Assembly (NCBI GenBank): GCA_964590575.1
Contig: CAZPWM010000072.1
Span: forward strand, 1 to 16,302
DNA from: an uncultured archaeon
GTDB lineage: Archaea > Asgardarchaeota > Thorarchaeia > Thorarchaeales > Thorarchaeaceae
Length of the DNA: 16,302 nt
Direction of reading: 5' to 3'
The notes under the pieces are model-generated. The model saw nothing but the letters and a program-made list of their open reading frames with translations. It was not told the origin of the DNA and did not search any database. Shown here one piece after another: positions 6,877-15,800 of this stretch. Numbering within the stretch: position 1 is the first letter of the stretch; every line of letters begins with the position of its first letter. Made by a program: the position numbers and the translations under genes.

Positions 6877-9800
6877 CTAGCCCTTCTTGCCTTCTAAGCT
6901 CTTAACGAGCTCATCAACGAGTTCACGCGGTAGTTCCTTCGCTTGCTCAATGATTGTGTCAATCTCATGAGGAGGTACACCCTTACGTTCAAGATCACGT
7001 CGGAGTTCCTCAAGCTCGTAGAGATTCATCTTGTCAGATGGTGTTACAGCTTCTTCTTCTTCGTAGATATCCTTCTCAACCGGAGTGACGTCTTTTGTAG
7101 GAATAGGAGTGGCGTTCTCCTCTTCCTCAAGGAATACTCGTTCTTCAGGAGCTGGAGTAACGACTTCGATTGGTTTTACTCCCTCATCTCCACCAAGACG
7201 CCGCGCAGCTTCCTTTTCAATAACTGCGAGTGTCTCTTCTATTGTCCTACCATCACGACGGGCTGCGCGAATAGCCTCCTGCATTATGACCTCTTTCACG
7301 AATGCAGCCTGTTCACTCATTTTCATCTTGGCAATATCAGCCTGGAACTCGTCAAGCTCATCAGGACTGAGATTAGTAAGGATTGCGAGCTGCATGAGGA
7401 GCTCGCCCATTTCTGGAACCTCAATAGGTATGGGGTCTTCTGGCATTTGAGCTGCTGTCCGAGTTATCTTCATTTTCTCATAGGTATCGTTGAAGAGCTC
7501 TGCTGCTAGTTGTTGCCGACTCTTGACATCGCGTATTGGTTTGGGAACCTTGCCCTTACGAAGAGTCTTTAGTTGGCTGTTAATTTGACGGATTCTCTTT
7601 GGAACACTCCAGACTTTCACATAAGCTCCGAGTAATACGATAATGAAGATACTAATCGGAAGACCATAAAGCGTTATGTTTGAAACTAGTTTATCGAAAT
7701 CGCTAGCCTGCGTGGTTATTCTAAGGATAATACTAGCATCATCATGGAAGTCCCTACTCATTGTTATTCGAATAGCAGGTTGTCCATTATACCCCACAGC
7801 AAGAATCACTATCCTATAGTGACCGTTGCCAAGAGAGTAATTGTTGTCTATTTTGACAGTGTCTCCAGCGATGATATAGAACGAAGCGCCATCAACACCC
7901 CTGTTATGCCACGTGTCGTTGAGATAGAAATCAAAGACAATACTCTCACCATTTATGAGTGCATACGGAATCTCAATATCTGGGTCTGCAAGTTGGCCAT
8001 CGTGTAAGATTCTCGTGGGTGTATATATGATCCGGATTCGGATTTCTCGTGTCTGCAATTGCCTATTTTCGTCAAAGATTTCTATCCTAAATCTGAAGTA
8101 TTCGCCTTCTAGAATGACAGGATATCCATATAGGTCATATAACACAGGATTATTTGTATCAAAGGTGAAATTATAGTAACCAAATCCTTCTCGAAATAGT
8201 ATTGGCGTATAATTAGAGAAATATGCTGGAGCTCTCAACACTGTGAACTCTGAGAAGTTCGCGCCAGTAATTCCGCCAAATAAACCACCAATTGAACTGG
8301 TATCATTATAGAACAACGATATATTAATTGCATCGCCCATTGTTAATTCGAGATAAATTATTCCTGATTCAATTGAATAAAAATTCTGGTCAGGGTATTC
8401 AATGATTAATTCTGTAGGTCTCTCAAGTATATGAATAAAGTAGCTACGTGACTGGGTTTCATAGTTGGGAAGGAAGAATAGAGTGGAGATTCTTTCTCTA
8501 ATATTAGAATCCAGTAGTGTTGTATCTATATAGAGTGTATATGTTCCATTTCCTAGGTCTGTAGCATTGAAATCTAGGTTGCCATAGCTATAGGTAACTG
8601 TTGCACCACGTACAAACCTCGTGTTGTAGGTATCAGTGTAGTTTAGGGAGATGGTCCCAGTCCAACCCCATACCAAGTCTATAGTTTCGGTAGGACCTTC
8701 AATATCTGTTGGAACATTCTTAATTGTTAGAGTCATACTTGTTAAGGTATCAGCAAGAGTTGTATTAGTTGGGTATCCATAGAACGACGCTCCCACTGTA
8801 CCAAATCCCAAGATTGATGTATTGAATGTCAGTGTCCAGATGCCATTGCCCATCGATGTGAAGTTAAGGTAGATATTGCGAGTGTTGTCTCTCCAAGAAA
8901 CTTCGCCATTATCGACTTCCATAAAGAATGAAACTGTACTAGACGTTGTGAAATTAAGGTGCAATGTGACATTCTGGAGGTAATATACCTCAAGTTTCGT
9001 AGGATCCGGAAGACCAGTCACACGGAGCTGCGTTGGAGTTTGTGTGATATATATCTTGAACTGATCAACAGCTGGATCGTAGTTGTTGAAGCTAGCGAAG
9101 ATTTGCACATCATATGATAGCAATGCTTCTAGGATAGTCGCAGTTCCAGGTATTGTAACACTCCATCGTCCAGTAAAGACGCTATAAATCATGTAGTACT
9201 TAACACTACTCAATCTTGCATAGACTTGGAGCTGTCCTGATTCATTTCGAACTTGTGTATCATCAATCGATAGATCATAGTCAATATCATGGAGTTCCAC
9301 CTCAATGAAGACTGAATCTCCTCTACCCACTTCTTTCACTATATCAGTGGGTTCGTGGATTATTATTTCGCTTGGAATCGTCAATACTACTAATGTTATT
9401 GTTGTAATTGCTGTTGTGTACTTGTCCTTTGTAGCTGTAATAGTAGCAACAAATGTTCCTGCTGTAAATGAGCTAGTATCAATTGTTGCGTTATAACGTC
9501 CAGGAGTACCAACAGCTGTCAGAGAACCGCCAAACGCCTCCGAGGACCAAGTTACACTATATGCACCGGAAATTGGAACTCCATTCAACAAATCGAGATA
9601 GTCCACTGAGATTATAGCGTTTCCCTTCCAGTACACTGTAACAGACGTATCTACTGGAGTTAGAACTGTGTTGATAGCTATCACGTTAAATTGTGGTGTC
9701 ACAGTCACTGATGCATATACCGAAACAGCTGCTACAATTCTTAGTGTGTAGGGTCCTAAGGTGGGTAAATCAGATGTACTGAAGGTAATATTATAGATTC

Positions 9801-12800
9801 CTGATGAAACATACTCGTAGACTACCAAGCTTGCAGGCCTTAACCCGCTTACGAGGTACTTAACATTTGAATCGACGATTGCGGCATACCCAGAGATTGG
9901 AAGACCATGATCAAGGTCCTTCCAAGTTACATTGAGTGAAACACTACCTGTGTATTGGACCGATGATGGAACCAGAGCATTGACCTGAAGAGAGGTTCGT
10001 ACCAAGTCAACTAGACCAGTCAAAGTTACCAAAGAACGGTTAGAATAGAATGGGGATAATGAGGGGTTCCACTGTACTTCAATATCAAAGAAGAACGTAC
10101 CAGTCCCAGTCAATGACAAGGTGTCGACATTGAAAGAATAAGTTCCTGACCCCTCAGTCTTGGTATAGTCAACTCCTTCTATTAAGAAATGACCCTGACA
10201 GCTGAATTGTATTATTGCACCTGCAATTGGACTACCACTATCAAGGTCAGAAAGGTTGACTGTAATGTTGAGAACATCACCTTTTGGAGTTCTATCAATT
10301 TGGTCTGTTTCAACAAGAATAGAACGTCCTGTTATTGTCACCTTGACAATAGTGAAATCATCTGCATAGTATGGTGCTTGTGCAGCAGGCCAGTCCACTA
10401 CGACCCTGATTGATAGACCAATCACAGACATATTAGAAATAATTGTTGATGAGATTGTAGTCTCATATGTGCCACTGTTTAGAATAATGGTGTAATCCAA
10501 CTGGTTGATTTCAGTCATATTTGGCCAGTACAAATGGATCAATGATAGATCAGCTAATGAAATGGATGTACCTGCGTCGAGGTCATTATACTCAAACTCA
10601 AAGGTCACATCATCCAAGTACAATGTCTGTGCTGGAGGTATAGTGATTCCTAAATTGGTTTCTCTTTGTCGAATCAGAACATTGACGAGTTGAGTTGCAC
10701 TTTCATGATAAGGCACACCGGTCCTGCTTGCCTGAATCTCAAGCGCGTGAACTCCAAGACCACCAAGGGCAGTTGAATCGATGACAATAGTGTAATAACC
10801 AGGACCTCCTTCAGTCACTGTGTAGTGAGTATTTTCAACAAGAGGAATAGAATTATTCAATACAATGATTTGAGCTCCATCGATTCCAGCTCCGCTAGCG
10901 TCATCATCACTAAAGAATAGGGTGAATGTAGCATCATCAAGATATGGCGTGGTTTCGGGTTCGGTATCGAGTGCCAGAGAAGAATCTCTAATTACTATCT
11001 TGAAAGTGCTTGATACTTGACCGCTCTGATAGAACGGTGCTTGATATGCGTAGCTCATCCTTATTGTGAAGGAGTGTTGAGTACCTGGTGCCCAAATGAC
11101 TGGATCCCAGCTTTGATTCCATGCAATGATTAGTTCATAGTTTTGACTGAGCGCGCTCCAGGCTGAAGTGAAAACCGCACCGGAGGGAGACAATATCTCG
11201 ATTGTAACAGGGTATCCATGCGCTGAATCATTTGCTATCGATTGTGTAGTGAATTGGTCCAAATAGCTCAAAATGATCCTGATTGAGGAATTATATGGCA
11301 CATCAACCACTGGATTTACTGCAACTATTGTGAAGCGCTCAAGGATTGAAAAAGCCCGATCGACTATCTTGTCTGGTATATAGATTAGTCCGATAGAAAT
11401 CTGCACTCTTAGCGTCTTGATCCCTGGTGTAGTTGTGTAGGTTGTGTTAAGAGTGACTTGATAAATGCCAGGAGCTATCTCAAAATAGTTATACTCAGCG
11501 GAGTCTATAGAGAACAAACCTTCTCTCAACACAAGAGTTGCTGAAGTTATCGGGACAGAAGCGCCACCTGTCGTGTCAGTCCAAGTCACATTGAAAATAA
11601 CTTGGTCCCCATATTGTGTTGGTGGAGGAGTGAGATATTCCAGTGAGGTTTCTCTCACTATAACGTTGATGTAGGTAATACGACCAGTTCGATTGGCATA
11701 GAAGGGAATTCCAACCCATGTCACATCAACAAGTATTGCTTTCAGTCCTAGACTGCCAAACTGACCTGTGTTGAATGAGATGCTGTAAGTTCCAGCAACC
11801 TCTACGAGAGAGAAGGAAATGTTTAGTGATATTTCTTGCTTGGAAAGACCAGTTATGAATGAACTACCTGTGATGTCCTCAAAGGTTAATGTAATGGTTG
11901 CATTCTCATTGTAACTTGTCGATGATGCAGGCGTGATTGAGAGAAGAGTATCTCTTGGTAGAACCCTGATTGAAACTACATCAGTTCTGTTAGAATAGAA
12001 GGGTGAAACACCTTTTGACCAGTTAACGAACACATTCATGTAGAACAGTCCGGTCCGACTGAAAATACCAGTATCAAATTGGATAGCGTATTGTCCAGGC
12101 AGAGTAGCAGAATAATCCAAGATTATGATATCTGATGGATTGACTGGTTCACCTTGGAAACTGACATAGATGAATACATTTCCTGTGAGGTTAGCAATTC
12201 CGGTTCCCGAATCACTGTAAAAGAAGGTGTACGCCATATTCTCATCATAGGGTGTTGGTTCGGAACCAACTAGAAGTGTGAGTGATGAATCCTTTCCAAC
12301 AACGAGTGCAGTAGTTACAAATGCCTTGTCCTGATATTTAGTAACAGCTCCTGTCCAATCTGCGTAAACAGTAAATGTCTGAAAGCCTAAACCAAATTGA
12401 GAAGCTGACACAGAAATGATGTAATAACCATCGCCAAGAAACAAGTCATAGTCATAGCTTGAGATTACTGGTCCAGAATCATTCGATACCGAGAATAACA
12501 CCAGGGAGGATTTGATGCCAACTGCACTATCAAGATCTCCGTAGTAAACTGAGATGTTGAACGTGCCACTCGTACTGGTTGGTTCAATTGAGCTTACTAT
12601 TCTGAATTCTGTATTATGTGTACGGATAGTTACTACGACGTTGAAACTGACAGTTTGATAATTGCCGCCTTTTGAGAACTCAAAGTTGTAAACAATATTC
12701 GAGGAAATGGTGTCAGAATCAGAGGTGTGGAATGTAATCTTGTATTTCTGAAGTCCCGGCATGTATTCAACTGAGAAGTTATGCCACGTTGAAACAACCT

Positions 12801-15800
12801 GAGTATATGGTGAGGTGCTATTATCGATAGGTATGAGTCGATCAATATCTGAATAATCGACATAAAAGATGGGGGAATTTCCAATCGGGATTACCAATGA
12901 ACTCAACGAGGGTATTACAGAAGTATATGCTTGGCGAATTACTAATCTGAACTCAAGGGTTCTTCCAGAAATGCCTGATTTGTCTGCCGTAAGGTTCAGG
13001 TAGTAGATTCCTTGGGTCAATGTTGAAACATCAATCCATACCTCATAGATACCTCCGCCCACGTCACTCCAGTTGGCAATCCAAGTAGGATGATCTGGAG
13101 AGGATATTACAGCTCCAGCTATGCCAGAACCAAAATCGATGTCAGTGTAGTTGAGAATGATTTTAACATCTAGTTGATAGGGAGTTGTTACCTGGGGATG
13201 ATTTGGAGAGGTCAGAGTACTGTCCACCTCTCGATAGAAGAATCGTATCACAAGGAAAGTATTCCCATACTCACTATTTGCAGAGGTGAAATAGACGATG
13301 ATTTCGTATGGCCCACCAGTAAAGTATGATTCACTAATGGTCAACTTGTATCTACCAATCGCTTGTTCTGCTGTGTCTATAACAATTACATACCCCGGTA
13401 CAGAGAACTCTCCTGCAATCCTACCTGTTATGGGATCACCATAGTTTGGCCCAATTTCACTCACATTTAGACGGAGGTAAACCTCCAAGTCAGAGCCAAG
13501 TGGGAAGTTCAATGTAGATGGGTCGTGATACATCACGGATGACATACTTCGAATCGTTATAGAGAACTGATAGCTTGAGGGATTACTATAGATAGTTCCA
13601 CCTATTGTCACAATGACACTAACTGAATGTGTTCCCACAGACCATGTGCTTGTATCCAATGTGATTATGTAGCTGCCACTAGAATCATAGATCCCAAATG
13701 GGTGTTGTAGTCTGATGTTTGATACAGAGCCAATTGGTACAATACTACCATTTTCTAAATCTGTCAGGATTATATTCAGCGTAGTCTGATTACCATATGG
13801 TTTTGTAGTGACGCCGGTCACAGACACTGAAGTTCTATGAGACAAAATCTGGATGTTGAACACATATGGAATAGGTGCTTGAATCTTGGTGTTCGACATT
13901 GTGATTGTTAGGGTGGCTGTAACACTACCCACACTCCAATCAGCAGTTGTCAGGGTAGCAGAGTAGGTCCCAAATGCATCAGCCCCATAACCGCCAGTAT
14001 AAGTGAAGGTCAGAGTACCTACATCAGAGATACCAACTGCAAGACCTGTGTCCAAGTCGAATAGGAAGACAGTGACTTGTGTATCTTCTCCATATGGTGT
14101 AGTCATATCTCCAGTTACAGTGGCTGAAGTACGATGGGCACGGAGCGTGAAAGTAACATCCACTTGTGCTACATGTAGGAACCCGCCCGGTGCCGTTGCA
14201 TTGAAAGTGTAAGGATGAGAACCAAGACCTAGAGAATTTGTTAGAATAGCAATGTCGTATGTACCATCACCATTGTCAGTGACAAAATCGATGGGATTTC
14301 CATCTGAGTAAGTGATTGTGGCCCCGGTAATTGGAGCGCTTGTATATTGATCTCTGAAGGTCAAGGTAGTAGTGAAGTTGAAGTCAGCAGGAGTAGCGGA
14401 TACACCAGAGGCCTGCAGTTGAGTGGAGTGGTAGAGGTCCACTTTGAAGTACTCTGTTGCATTGTTGTAATATTGGTGATATGACTGGATATTAATTCGC
14501 CATTGCTTATTGTCCCCAAGGCCTGTTGTGGACAATACCTTTCCATAGATTCCTCCACCGTAGTCATTGAGTGTGATCGTGGATGGAGCTGTCCAGTTCA
14601 TGGTGACTGTTGCACCAGGTATTCCCTGAGCTGTGATATCATCGTTGAGCTCATACTCAACAATGAGTGAATCTCCAACAGTTTTAACCGAGAGTCGGTC
14701 TCCAACAGCGTCAGAGGGTTCAGTGAGTGTCAAAGTGGTGGGGTGACGGACAATGAAAGTCCGCTCGAAGAGACCTGTCTTGTTTGTGACTGAGCTACCA
14801 GTATCATTATAATATGCTATTGCGGTCCATAGACCAGCAGGAGCTGAAGAGTCAATAGTCTTCGTAAGGGTGTGCTCTGGTGAGGTTCGCACTTGCTCGG
14901 ATCCGGGACTTAGGAAAATATCAGCGTCTCTGTAGTTATGCTCCTCGTTCTTAAGCCACGTATCAGTCCTGAGTGTGTTTGAAACTGTAAACTCATCAAG
15001 TCGACCAGCAAAATACCCAGACCCTTCATAACTCGTTTCATAATCCCCGCCACCTAATTTCCACTCTTCAATGTATGATACATTCGCTTGAGTAGCACTA
15101 CCAACGAATCCTGCGTCAGTGTTCCAATTCGTGTCAACCCAGATTTTGTTGTTTGAGGGCGTATCTTCATCCGCATAACAGGCTATGAAATACCATTGGT
15201 TTGCGTTCCAGGTTATCTTCTGAGTCCATTTGTAAATAGGATCATTTTGTGAACTCTCAACCTTGAAAACAAGTGTGCCATTTGGCACTGTCCCTTGCGT
15301 ATAATCTTGGCCAACTAATGCTATGACCATATCATGGTCGATATCGATATACTTCTCCATGATTACCTTTGTAGTTGGTGAGGATGAGGAATGAGGAGAA
15401 GAGAGCTTGAACCAGCCAGTTATCAACACGTCATTCTGAGGAGCTAAGGTTTTATCAAATGAGATGTAGTCGTTGCTTCCATCAAATAGTTGACTATACC
15501 CAGCACCATCAAAGACATCTGTGTTTCCATTACGAACTCCGTCGTATCCGTTTCCTGTTGAGTCGAAGTGTATGTCACCACCGATAACGAGGTCCTCTTC
15601 ATTCAAATGCCATACAGCCTCATAATTATTAGACCACACACCCGCGGGATTTTCAAGATTGTCAACAATGGGAGAACCATAGTACATAGTGATTGTGTTA
15701 TCGACTCCATGAGTCAGGTTGGTCTTAACCCATGTGGTAAGATACGCCGTATTGATTGAATAGGATTGGTCGAAGTATTCAATCTGATGATCGAGAATTT

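Noticed and set aside
6943-7509. Antisense ORFs of 188 aa and 121 aa over the gene A tail
   Set aside because: They are shadows of a well-supported opposite-strand gene, with implausible F/C/S-rich composition and no recognisable domain.
9313-9327. GRGDS, identical to the fibronectin integrin-binding motif
   Set aside because: It falls on the generic x-G-D turn found in other repeats (VGDS, YGDQ, KGDV, MGDA), so it is probably coincidental in a 3100-aa protein.
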